Below, piece by piece: positions 1 to 10,800 of a stretch of DNA of 32,000 nt (position 1 is its first letter; every line of letters starts with the position of its first letter). The stretch comes from Microcystis aeruginosa NIES-843. Its GTDB lineage: Bacteria; Cyanobacteriota; Cyanobacteriia; Cyanobacteriales; Microcystaceae. The DNA is taken from contig NC_010296.1 in the NCBI RefSeq assembly GCF_000010625.1, positions 3,510,001 to 3,542,000 of the forward strand, in the 5' to 3' direction. Made by a program: the position numbers and the translations under genes. The notes under the pieces were generated by a model that saw only the letters and a program-made list of their open reading frames with translations, searched no databases and was not told where the DNA came from.

Positions 1-3000
1 CAATCCGCCGTGCTATTGAGAATTTCCTCCCCCATTATCCCCTAAGAATTCTCGAAATTGGAGGAGGAACAGGAGCCGTTACTGCTGGCATTTTACCTCA
101 CTTACCCACAGAACATATCGAATATGTATTCACCGATATTTCCTCTAGTTTCTTAACAAGAGCCAAGGAAAATTTTAGAAACTATCCCTTTATTAAATAT
201 CAAACTTTAGACATTGAAAAAAATCCCTTTACTCAAGATTTTCTCCCCGGCAGTTTTGACATAATCATCGCCGCTAATGTTCTTCATGCCACAGCCAACC
301 TTCAAAAAACCCTGGAAAATGTGCGCTCTCTCATCGCTCCTAAGGGACTACTAATCCTCTTAGAAAGTACAGGGGCAAGACGTTGGGTAGATTTAACCTT
401 TGGCTTGACAGAAGGATGGTGGTTATGTAGTCAAGATCTGCGGCGGAATGGTTATCCGTTAATCAGCACAAAAGATTGGCAAAATTTACTGATTGAGAAT
501 CAATTTGAAGACATTAATATTATCGAACCAAGCCAAGCAAAAACCCGAAATTTATTAAAACAAAGTGTCATCATTAGTCGAAGCAGTGAGCAATTACCTT
601 CTCTTCTGGCAAAATCTTACTATCATCAAATAATCTGGGCAGATAGTCAAGGAATTGCTAACGGTTTAATCCCTCTATTCCAACAGAGAGGAATAAGTTG
701 TTCTTGCGTCTTTTCCCAAGATATTAACCTGGAGATTGCTGAAGATTACCTATCAATATTGAGAAACTCGATAACTTCAGAAACTCGTCAAATACTGTAC
801 TTCTGGGGCTTAGAAAAAATCCCTGGAGAAATGGATCAACAAGTCGAGATTCATTGTCAAAGATTTCTCTTTTTCTTACAAGCCTTATTGCAGCAAGAAA
901 ATCCGCCGGCTCTGATTTTAGTGACTCAAGGAGCAGTACCAGCAAAAGCCATTAAAACCCTGACCTCTCCCTCTCAAGCATCCTTATTAGGAATAGCCTT
1001 CAGCCTAGTCTTAGAACATCCTGAACTTAATTTTAAGGCGATTGACCTAGATCCAGATGAAGTAAACTCAGCCGACAAACTGCTGCAAGAAATCTACAGT
1101 AATCCCCAAGAAAACCGGGTTGCTTTGCGGGGGGAACAGCGTTTTTATCCCCGTTTAGTGCAGAGAAAACTTGAAGATGGAAATATCAATTTTAGTCCTG
1201 ATGGCTATTATTTAATCACAGGAGGCACAGGGGGGTTAGGATTAGCAACAACCCGATGGATGATTGAAAAAGGGGCGCGGAATTTAGTTTTGTGTAGTCG
1301 TCGAGGGGCAGAAGGAGTTAGCCCTGAAATATTAGCCAATCTCTCCTCTAGTGGGGCAGAAATTACCCTCAAAAAACTTGATATTACCGATGCTGAAAAA
1401 CTGCACACTGTCTTAGAAGAATGCCGTTCTAAATATCCTGTACGAGGCGTTTTTCACATTGCTGGAACCTTAGACGATACAACCTTATTAAGACTAACAC
1501 CAGAGCGCTTTAATTATGTTTTAGCTCCCAAAGTTAAAGGAACTTGGTTGCTTCATCAACTCACCCTAAATGACCCATTGGAATTCTTTGTCTGTTATAC
1601 TTCTGCTGTATCTTTAATTGGCTCGGCAGGACAAGCTAATGCTGCGGCAGCTAATGCCTTTGAAGACGCTTTTATCTATTATCGTCAGGCGCATCATTTA
1701 CCCGGAACGGTCATAAATTGGGGTCCTTGGAGTGAAATAGGTGCAGCAGTAGATCGCAATGTTTTGGAGAGATTAGCCGCTAAAGGATATGGGGCTATGA
1801 AACCCGATTTAGCCCTTAATGCTCTGGAAAAAATTCTTCTAAATCAGATTATCCGCGCTGGTGTAATTAAGATTGACTGGCAACAATTTCCTTATATTCA
1901 TCAAAGCTTTTATAAAAACTTTCTGCCTCAAGGAAAACCCCAAGCTGCCCCCTCATCTGAGTTTTTAAAACAATGGCAAAATTTAACCTTAAAAGAGCGT
2001 CCTAATTGGCTAACTAATCATATCATCATGCGTGTTTCTACTGTCTTAGGACGCTCAAATGATGAAACTTTTTCCCCTCAACAAGGCTTTTTTGATTTGG
2101 GGATGGACTCTCTCACTTCTACAGAGTTACGAAATCTGTTACAAACTGACTTTAATTGTTCTCTCCCTTCGACAATTACTTTTCGTTTTCCGAATGTTGA
2201 AGTCTTAGCTAATTATTTACAGCGAGAAGTTCTAGATAATTGTCAACCGGTATTTACCCCTCAAATAAAAGCAGAAATTTCTCAAAAACAGCCAGAAAAA
2301 TCACAACTCGATGATGATCCTATTGTTATTGTCGGCATGGCTTGTCGATTCCCCGGCGGTGCTAAGAATTTACAATCTTTCTGGGAACTTTTAGAACAGG
2401 GAAAAGATGCTATAACAGAAATTCCTCAAGATCGCTGGGATCAGGAAACATGGTATGATCCTAATCCCGATGTCCCTGGCAAAATATACGCTCCTTACGG
2501 TGCATTTCTAGAACAAATTGAGGAATTTGATGGAGAATTTTTTGGCATTATTCCTAGAGAATCTGTCGCCATGGATCCTCAGCAGCGTTTACTCTTGGAA
2601 ACTACTTGGCAAGCTTTAGAATCTGCTGGACAAAATCCCCAAAAATTACGCAACAGTCAGACGGGAGTTTTTATCGGTTGCATGACTCAAGATTATGCCC
2701 AATTAAGTTATTCTCCTCAAGCCATTAATGCTTATACTGGTTCAGGGACTTCTGTTAGTATGGCGGCGGGTCGTCTTTCTTATGTCCTTGGTTTACAGGG
2801 TCCATCAATGACTATTGATACCGCTTGTTCCTCCTCATTAGTAGCGATTCATTTAGCTTATAATGCCTTACTTAATGGTGAGTGCGATCTGGCTTTAGCC
2901 GGAGGGGTTAATATTATTTTAACTCCCATTATTTCTTTAATCGAAAGTCGCGCCCATATGCTTGCCCCTGATGGACATTGCAAAACCTTTGATGAGAGCG

Positions 3001-6000
3001 CAAATGGCATGGTGCGAGGAGAAGGCTGTGGAATAGTTGTTCTGAAAAGATTGAGCCAAGCAGTGAAGAATGGAGACCAAATTTTGGCGAAAATTTATGG
3101 CACAGCCGTCAATCATGATGGTCCAAGTAGTGGGCTAACTGTTCCTAATGGTCAAGCTCAAGAAAAATTATTACATCAAGCCCTTAAACGTGCTAATCTC
3201 AAGCCTGAACAAATCGATTATATTGAAGCTCACGGCACTGGAACAGCCCTTGGTGATCCGATTGAATTAGAAAGTATGTCCGCCGTTTTTGGCCAACGCT
3301 CCCCTAATCGGCCTTTAATTATTGGTTCAGTAAAAACGAATTTAGGCCATTTAGAAGGTGCTGCCGGAATTGCCGGATTAATTAAAACCGTTCTAGCGTT
3401 ACAACACCATAAAATACCTCCTCATCTTCACTTTAAAAATCCTAATCCCCGCTTTGATTGGAGTTCTCATATTTTTGAAGTTCCTGTACAAGGAAAACCT
3501 TGGCATATCAGCGAACGTCCAAGGATTGCTGGAGTAAGTTCCTTTGGATTTAGTGGAACGAATGCTCATATCATTGTTGGGGAAATTGACGCTGATTTAC
3601 CTCAACCTTCGGAGAATAATTTTTATCTATTACCCCTTTCGGCTCGTTCTGAAAAATCGCTGCAAGAGTTAGCGAGAAGTTATCAAGATATTTTGACTGA
3701 GTCTATCAATTTAGCTGATGTTTGTTTTACCGCCAGTACAGGGCGGGGGATTTTTCCGCAACGAATCTGTATTTTAGCAGACTCAATAACCACGGCACAA
3801 CGAGCGTTAATTGATTACCAAGATGGTGAAAATTCTGACTCATTCATCCGACCGATTTTATCAGAGACTCCACAAAAGATAGCTTTCCTCTTTTCTGGAC
3901 AAGGCTCTCAATATTCCGGCATGGGAGAAACCCTTTATAACCGAGAAGTTGTTTTCAAGGAAACATTAGATCTTTGTGATCAAATTTTAGAACCCCTTTT
4001 AGAAAAATCTCTCTTAGATTTAATCTTTCAAGAGCAAAATAGTGAGTTATTAGAGGAAACCCAAATCACTCAGCCGGTGATTTTTTCCCTTGAATATGCA
4101 CTCGCCAAATTATGGCAATCTTGGGGAATACAACCTTCAGCCCTTTTAGGACATAGTATTGGGGAATATGTGGCGGCTTGTTGGGCAGGAGTCTTTTCTT
4201 TAGAAGATGCCTTAAAATTAGTGACTCAACGGGGTAAATTAATGGGAAAATTGCCCCACAATGGCAGTATGTCCGCTATTTATGCTGATTATGAGACGGT
4301 AGCAAACGCTCTAACTTCGTATGAAAATCAAGTTAATATTGCTTCAGCCAATGGCTCAATTACCGTCATTTCTGGATTTAAAGAGATTGTTGAGCAACTC
4401 GAAAAAGACTTTATTGATCAAGGGCATAAAACTAAACGTTTAGCGGTATCTCATGCTTTTCATTCGCCTTTAATGCAGCCCATTCTTGATGATTTTTCCC
4501 AGGTCTTAAAAACAATTTCTTTTCATGAACCTAGCTTAACAATTATTAGTAATCTGACAGGGAAAGCTGTAGGTTCAGAAATTACAACTCCTGATTATTG
4601 GGTAGATCATCTGCGTAATACTGTACAGTTTAGTCAAGGATTTCAGTCTTTAATTGATCAGGGTTATCGTTGTTTTCTAGAAGTCGGTTCTAAGCCTGTA
4701 TTACTGAGTATGGCTCGCCTTATTGCTGCCAACCAGGATCTATTATGGTTGCCTAGTATTGTACCCGGGCAGGATGAACAGGCACAAATGTATAGAAGTT
4801 TAGCGACACTTTTTGTTAATGGTTATTCTGTAGAGTGGACTAAAGTATTTAAACAAGGTAAGCGAATTAGTTTACCGACTTATCCTTTTCAAAGAGAACG
4901 GTATTGGCTATCTAATTCGGAATTTTCTCTAGGGTCAATCAAGACTCAGTTACATCCTTTCATTAGAGATTTTAAAAAGTTAGCAACGGGAGACATGATC
5001 TTTGAAGGTGAGGTGAGTTCTCTTAACCCTAGTTATTTAGAAGAACACAAGGTATTTGAGAACATTGTATTTCCAGCTACTGGTTTTATTGAAGCTATTT
5101 TAGCCGCAAGTCAGAAAATATTCAATGGGCATTTTGTCACCCTTGAAAATGTCTCTATCCATCAGGGATTACTCTTATCTCCAACTCCCTCAATAATCCA
5201 AATAATTTTTAGACCTAAAAAATCATCTCAACTGATTTATACTTTTGAGATATTTAGCAGTGATTCTGCACAAGAACAATGGGTTCTTCATGTTACAGGT
5301 GAAGTCAAACCTAAGGATATACAAAGCTTGGCTGTCTCAGAATTAACCCAAACTAAATTAGAAAGGGAAAACCCTAAAGAATCGATTTCTATTCGTGAAT
5401 TCTATCAGCTTTATCAGCAGATGGGTATCAGGTATGGGGAGCAGTTTAAAGCGATTCAAGAGTTATATTCTTTCAAAAAAGGCTCTCAAGCTAAAATTAG
5501 TATTAACCCTAGTTTAGCGGATCGGCGTTATTATTTTCATCCAGTTCTTTTGGATGCTTGCTTACAGAGTATTGGGGCAGCTTTCCCAGAAATTCATGGT
5601 CAAGAATTGCATCTACCTTATGGATTCTCTTCCTTGGAAATATTCCTAAATCCAACTTCGCAAGTTTGGACGGAAGTTCAGGTCATCTCAGATACTAATG
5701 GTGAAATGAGAGTAAATGTTAATATTTATGATGAACAAAGACAGCTTTGCGCTCGCTTTACTGACTTAACAGCACGGCGCATAAATCCAGCTATTTTACA
5801 GAGTTTATGGCAAGAAAAGTCAAATAATTGCTTTTATAAAGTGGAATGGAAAAAACTTTCTTCAATGCCAACTGTTGCCGTTGATCCTCAAAATTCTTGG
5901 TTAGTCTTGGTTCGTCCAGAAACAGACTTAAATTCCCTAATTAATTTATACAAAAAGGCAGGAGAAAAAGTAATTACTGTAGAAATGGGGCAGAATTATC

Positions 6001-7679
6001 AATGTTATTCTCAAGATTCTTTTGTGATCAATCCGGCTCAGAAATCTGATTTTCAGCGTCTCTATCAAGAAGCTTATCCATCTGGAGAATTTCCGACTGG
6101 TGTTGTTTTTTGTTGGGAATCTTCAGAAGCTGAAGAAGTTCTAGATACAGTAGATCAGAGTTCTCATGCCGTCTTAAATTTAGTGCAAACCCTCACTAAT
6201 AACTGGGAGAAATTACCCCATTTATGGCTGATTACTCGCGGGGCTAATAAGATTAGCAATGATACGGCTTTATCTCCTCAACAGTCCCATTTATGGGGAT
6301 TAGGAGCAGTCATTAATCAAGAGTATCCTAAAATGGGTTGTGTTTGTTTAGATTTACCAATCCATAAAGAAGCTAATGAAGCTGCACTTTTATTCAATGA
6401 ATTAAAGTGTTTCCCCCATGAATTCCGTTTGGCTTTACGTCAAGGAAACCGCTACGCAGCCAGGTTAGTTTCTGCATCTCTTCCTACCTCAGAAAAACGA
6501 CAGTTTATTAATCAGTCAGGGGCTTATTTAATCACGGGAGGGGGAGGAAAACTCGGCGGATTAGTGGCTCAATGGTTATCAGAAATGGGAGCAAGTCACC
6601 TAGTTTTGTGTAGTCGCCATGTTAAATCTTCAACAGAATTGATAGCCCCATTAGTAGAGAAAGGAACAAAAGTAACCTTGATTGAAGCTGATATTACTTC
6701 CCCCACAGATATGAAAAATTTATTCTCTCGTTTTGGGGCAGACTTGCCCGTCTTACGAGGAATAATTCATGCAGCAGCGGTCTTAGAAGATGGGCTTATC
6801 AGTAATCAAAGTTGGCAAAAATATCAAAAGGTAATGAGTCCAAAAGTAGCAGGAACTTTATTATTAGATCGTTATACTCGCTCTCTATCTTTAGACTTTT
6901 TCGTAAGCTTTTCTTCTGCGGCTGTCATCCTTGGTTCACCGGGTCAAAGTAATTATGCGGCGGCTAATGCTTTCATGGATGCTCTAATGCAGCAACGGCA
7001 AAGTTTAGGATTACCTGGTATTAGTATTAATTGGGGAGCTTGGGAGACGAGCAACCAAATTGATCAACAACGTTTCGCTAATTGGGGTTTGCAGATGATG
7101 CCTTCTGAGCAAGCGTTTCAATATCTCAACCAGATAATTTTAGATGATATTACCCCAGGGATAGTTCTCGATATTAATTGGTCGATTTTTAATCAAACTT
7201 TCAACATTAGTCAACCCTTCTTTAGCGAGGTATTAACCCTAAACAATCAAAAACAAACAAGTCCAGCAAAACTATTAGAACAATTAAAATCTGTCTCTAT
7301 AGACGAACGAATAACCGCTTTAGTAGAAGGACTGGAGAAAATATTAAGAGAAGTGACAGGGTTAAATGAGAATAAGGTTATTCCTCAACAAACATCATTC
7401 TTAGACTTAGGTTTAAACTCTCTAATGGTCATAGAATTTAAAAATCGCTTAGAAAGAGATTTAGGGTGTAAATTGCCATCTTCGATCATTTTCGATTATC
7501 CTAATCTTCTCAGCTTAAGTACCTATTTAAGGGAAGAAATTCTAGCCAATCATCTCGATTTTGAGATTAAAATAAATCCAATTCCTGACAATCATAATCC
7601 CTACGACAGCCTCAGTGAAGACGAACTGGCAAGATTACTTAATCAAAAATTAACGGAGCTTGATCAATATGGAGGTTAA
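1..7679 (+). CDS. mcyD: Type I polyketide synthase McyD, 5'-truncated by the window edge. Visible domains: ...CM-KR-ACP | KS-AT-DH-KR-ACP
   Basis: Frame 3 is open from nt 3 with no stop before the track's GTG at 321, so the ORF enters from upstream. Motifs read in the translation follow. SAM-MT motif I ILEIGGGTG (48-74) and AANVLHAT. KR1 Rossmann GGTGGLG (1221-1241) and LDD (1470-1478). ACP1 LGMDS with Ser at 2109-2111. KS DTACSSS with Cys at 2826-2828, plus EAHGTGT and KTNLGH. AT GHSIGE with Ser at 4155-4157, plus HAFH. DH His at 5046-5048 and DxxxQ Asp at 5553-5555. KR2 GGGGKLG (6537-6557) with Tyr at 6954-6956. ACP2 LGLNS with Ser at 7419-7421. Stop TAA at 7677-7679. Identified as mcyD from this domain string and its position directly upstream of mcyE-J. 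Confidence 0.93.
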   Translation, partial: IRRAIENFLPHYPLRILEIGGGTGAVTAGILPHLPTEHIEYVFTDISSSFLTRAKENFRNYPFIKYQTLDIEKNPFTQDFLPGSFDIIIAANVLHATANLQKTLENVRSLIAPKGLLILLESTGARRWVDLTFGLTEGWWLCSQDLRRNGYPLISTKDWQNLLIENQFEDINIIEPSQAKTRNLLKQSVIISRSSEQLPSLLAKSYYHQIIWADSQGIANGLIPLFQQRGISCSCVFSQDINLEIAEDYLSILRNSITSETRQILYFWGLEKIPGEMDQQVEIHCQRFLFFLQALLQQENPPALILVTQGAVPAKAIKTLTSPSQASLLGIAFSLVLEHPELNFKAIDLDPDEVNSADKLLQEIYSNPQENRVALRGEQRFYPRLVQRKLEDGNINFSPDGYYLITGGTGGLGLATTRWMIEKGARNLVLCSRRGAEGVSPEILANLSSSGAEITLKKLDITDAEKLHTVLEECRSKYPVRGVFHIAGTLDDTTLLRLTPERFNYVLAPKVKGTWLLHQLTLNDPLEFFVCYTSAVSLIGSAGQANAAAANAFEDAFIYYRQAHHLPGTVINWGPWSEIGAAVDRNVLERLAAKGYGAMKPDLALNALEKILLNQIIRAGVIKIDWQQFPYIHQSFYKNFLPQGKPQAAPSSEFLKQWQNLTLKERPNWLTNHIIMRVSTVLGRSNDETFSPQQGFFDLGMDSLTSTELRNLLQTDFNCSLPSTITFRFPNVEVLANYLQREVLDNCQPVFTPQIKAEISQKQPEKSQLDDDPIVIVGMACRFPGGAKNLQSFWELLEQGKDAITEIPQDRWDQETWYDPNPDVPGKIYAPYGAFLEQIEEFDGEFFGIIPRESVAMDPQQRLLLETTWQALESAGQNPQKLRNSQTGVFIGCMTQDYAQLSYSPQAINAYTGSGTSVSMAAGRLSYVLGLQGPSMTIDTACSSSLVAIHLAYNALLNGECDLALAGGVNIILTPIISLIESRAHMLAPDGHCKTFDESANGMVRGEGCGIVVLKRLSQAVKNGDQILAKIYGTAVNHDGPSSGLTVPNGQAQEKLLHQALKRANLKPEQIDYIEAHGTGTALGDPIELESMSAVFGQRSPNRPLIIGSVKTNLGHLEGAAGIAGLIKTVLALQHHKIPPHLHFKNPNPRFDWSSHIFEVPVQGKPWHISERPRIAGVSSFGFSGTNAHIIVGEIDADLPQPSENNFYLLPLSARSEKSLQELARSYQDILTESINLADVCFTASTGRGIFPQRICILADSITTAQRALIDYQDGENSDSFIRPILSETPQKIAFLFSGQGSQYSGMGETLYNREVVFKETLDLCDQILEPLLEKSLLDLIFQEQNSELLEETQITQPVIFSLEYALAKLWQSWGIQPSALLGHSIGEYVAACWAGVFSLEDALKLVTQRGKLMGKLPHNGSMSAIYADYETVANALTSYENQVNIASANGSITVISGFKEIVEQLEKDFIDQGHKTKRLAVSHAFHSPLMQPILDDFSQVLKTISFHEPSLTIISNLTGKAVGSEITTPDYWVDHLRNTVQFSQGFQSLIDQGYRCFLEVGSKPVLLSMARLIAANQDLLWLPSIVPGQDEQAQMYRSLATLFVNGYSVEWTKVFKQGKRISLPTYPFQRERYWLSNSEFSLGSIKTQLHPFIRDFKKLATGDMIFEGEVSSLNPSYLEEHKVFENIVFPATGFIEAILAASQKIFNGHFVTLENVSIHQGLLLSPTPSIIQIIFRPKKSSQLIYTFEIFSSDSAQEQWVLHVTGEVKPKDIQSLAVSELTQTKLERENPKESISIREFYQLYQQMGIRYGEQFKAIQELYSFKKGSQAKISINPSLADRRYYFHPVLLDACLQSIGAAFPEIHGQELHLPYGFSSLEIFLNPTSQVWTEVQVISDTNGEMRVNVNIYDEQRQLCARFTDLTARRINPAILQSLWQEKSNNCFYKVEWKKLSSMPTVAVDPQNSWLVLVRPETDLNSLINLYKKAGEKVITVEMGQNYQCYSQDSFVINPAQKSDFQRLYQEAYPSGEFPTGVVFCWESSEAEEVLDTVDQSSHAVLNLVQTLTNNWEKLPHLWLITRGANKISNDTALSPQQSHLWGLGAVINQEYPKMGCVCLDLPIHKEANEAALLFNELKCFPHEFRLALRQGNRYAARLVSASLPTSEKRQFINQSGAYLITGGGGKLGGLVAQWLSEMGASHLVLCSRHVKSSTELIAPLVEKGTKVTLIEADITSPTDMKNLFSRFGADLPVLRGIIHAAAVLEDGLISNQSWQKYQKVMSPKVAGTLLLDRYTRSLSLDFFVSFSSAAVILGSPGQSNYAAANAFMDALMQQRQSLGLPGISINWGAWETSNQIDQQRFANWGLQMMPSEQAFQYLNQIILDDITPGIVLDINWSIFNQTFNISQPFFSEVLTLNNQKQTSPAKLLEQLKSVSIDERITALVEGLEKILREVTGLNENKVIPQQTSFLDLGLNSLMVIEFKNRLERDLGCKLPSSIIFDYPNLLSLSTYLREEILANHLDFEIKINPIPDNHNPYDSLSEDELARLLNQKLTELDQYGG

Positions 7680-7845
7680 ACTTTAAAAATAATGTTTCAA
7701 AAGCCATGAGATGTGGTAGGATAGGTAGATGAACATGAGTAAGCTTAACTCTCTGGAGTTAAATTTGGGTTTATATTTACTGATAGCACAGCATCCTAAT
7801 TTATGTTTAACGGCGTATAAATTTAGAAATTATAGAGAATAGGGC

Positions 7846-10800
7846 ATGGTTGAGAGTATAGATTACAAAAAATTAATGGCAACGACCTTAAGCAAAATGG
7901 AGGTCATGCAGGCTCGTATCAATGAATTAGAGACGAGACAAAGTGAAGCTATTGCGGTGGTTGGGATGGCTTGTCGTTTTCCTGGAGGTATTAATTCCCC
8001 AGAAAAATATTGGAGTTTTTGTCAAGCCGGGCTTGATGCTATAGTAGAAGTTCCTAAAAGCCGTTGGGATATCTCAAAACTGTATTCTCAAGAACCAACT
8101 TTAGGAAAAATGAACACCGCTTATGGTGGATTTCTTCAAGAGAATATCACAGAATTTGATGCCCGTTTCTTTTCGATCTCAGCAAGAGAAGCAGCCTCCA
8201 TGGATCCTCAACAAAGGTTACTCTTAGAAGTTGCTTGGGAAGCGTTAGAAAATGCCAATTTACCTCTGAAAAATTTAGCCGATAATAAGGTAGGGGTATT
8301 TGTGGGGATTACTAGCATTGATCATGCTCTGAAGGTTTACGGCACAAACTATGATCAAATTGACTCTTTTTTTGGCACCGGCAATGCTCTAAGCGCAGCC
8401 GCCGGAAGGCTATCTTATTTTCTCAATCTTCACGGTCCTTGTCTCTCCATTGATGCAGCCTGTGCATCCTCATTAGTAGCCGTCCATCAGGGGATTCGTA
8501 GCCTGAGAAATCGTGAATGTGAACTCGCTTTAGTGGGTGGGGTAAACCTCATTTTAGAACCCGCCATTACGATTAGTCTTTCTCAGTCGGGAATGATGTC
8601 CCCCGATGGGCGTTGCAAAACCTTCGATGCCTCTGCTAACGGATATGTGCGAGGGGAAGGCTGTGGGGTTTTAATCTTAAAAACTTTATCAGAAGCCCAG
8701 AAAAACGGGGATCACATTCTTGCCCTGTTGCGAGGTTCGGCGGTGAATCATAATGGGGCTGCTGCCGGTTTAACCGTACCCAGTGGACCCGCCCAGCAAG
8801 AATTGCTCCGTCAAGCTCTAGCTGATGCCAGAATAGTCCCTGAAGATGTCAGCTACATAGAAGCTCATGGCACAGGCACTTCTTTAGGAGATCCCATCGA
8901 ATTGAATGCCATTGCATCAGTTTATGGAAAGCGCTCCGACCCTCTTTATATCGCCTCAGTGAAAACCAATATCGGTCATCTTGAAGCCGCAGCTGGCATG
9001 GCCGGAATAATCAAAACAATTCTGATTCTTCAACAGGGTGAAATCCCCTCCCATCTTCACTTACAAAGCCCTAATCCTCTGATTAATTGGGAAGATCATC
9101 CTATTAAAATTCCTACTCAAAATATACCTTGGCCGAATAACAATAAAGTCCCTATAGCTGGGGTAAGTTCTTTTGGGTTTTCTGGCACAAATGCCCATGT
9201 CATTGTTCAACAAGCACCCGTCAGCAAAATCTCAGAAATTCAACAACAAATTCCTAGTCATCTCTTAACTCTTTCAGCCCACAACAAAACCGCTTTAAAA
9301 GAATTAGCTAAACGTTTTCATACCCTCCTAGAATCTCATCCTGAAATTGGAGATATTTGTTATAGTGCAGCTGTCGGCAGGATAGATTTACCTGAACGTT
9401 TAGCCATTGTTGGCGATACTTGTCCAGAATTACAACAAAGATTAGCCGCTTTTGCTGAAGAAAACCCGCTTGATGATTTGACTTTTTATCAACGTTTTAC
9501 ATCGGAAAAATCCCCTAAAATTGTTTTTCTTTTTACAGGGCAAGGGGCTTGTTATCCTGGCATGGGACATCAACTCTATCAAACTCAGCCGACATTTCGT
9601 CAATATATTGATCAATGTGCCGAAATATTAGCGAAGTATTTAGACCATCCTTTAACTGAAATATTATTTGGTGAACAGACCGATTTACTCAATCAAACTG
9701 CTTACGCTCAACCGGCTATATTCGCCCTAGAATATTCCCTAACAATGCTATGGAAATCTTGGGGAATTACCCCCAGTTTACTGATTGGCCATAGTGTGGG
9801 AGAATATGTAGCAGCTTGTATCGCAGGAGTATTTAGCTTAGAAGCTGGACTCGCCTTAGTTGTCAAACGGGGGCAATTAATGCAAACCACGACCTCTGGG
9901 AAAATGGCTTCAATTTTTGCTGATGAAGAGACAGTAATTTCCCTAATTAAAAATTATACTCAAACAGTTTCAATAGCTGCCATTAATCACCCTCAACAGA
10001 TTGTTATTGCTGGAGAAAGTGCCAGCCTTGAGGAAGTTATTAGCACCTGCAAAAAGCAAAAAATTCCCGCTCAATATCTCCCCGTTACTCAGGCTTTTCA
10101 TTCCCCTTTAATGGAGCCAATTTTAAAAGAATTTGAAAAAGAGGCTCGTCAAATTTCTTATCAACGCCCCCAAATTCTCTTACTTTCAGGACTTGATGGA
10201 GAGGTTTTAGAAAATGCACCAGATGCCACTTACTGGAGCAAACAATGCCGAGAACCAGTAAGATTTTTGTCGAGTTTAATAACCGCTTTCAACAAGGGAT
10301 ATAACCTATTTTTAGAAGTGGGACCAAGACCAATACTGGCAGAACAAGGTCGTCGTTATAAAGATGAGGTCATCTGGTTAAGTTCTCTCAATCGTGGCTT
10401 AGATAACTGGCAGACAATTCTTTCAGCCTTGGGACAACTCTACCTAAATGGCGCACCTTTCAATCCAGAACAATTCAATCGAAATTATGGCTATAAAAAA
10501 GTCAGATTGCCGAACTATCCCTTTCAAAGGAAACCTTTCCAATTTCAGCCTAATCCTCGAACAGAAAATCAGAGCATTGACAAAATATTCCTAGACGCAC
10601 AAACCTCTAACCTTACCGATACCGAAACCACAGTTTTCAATATGCAAAAACATCAACAGGAAATCCGTAATCAATTAAAATCAATTTTGGCTTTACTTCT
10701 GAAAGAAGATGAGAACGAACTGCCGGAGGATGAGACATTACTAAACTTAGGAGCAGACTCAATTATCTTGACTGACTTTTCTCGCAAAATTGAAGAAAAA

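Noticed and set aside
724-1408. Minus-strand ORFs 724-945 (73 aa) and 1208-1408 (66 aa) inside mcyD
   Set aside because: They lie entirely antisense to a motif-rich PKS reading frame. The translations are low-complexity mirror images (for example PPVPPVIK opposite GGTGGLG), with no start context or recognisable motifs. They are shadow ORFs.
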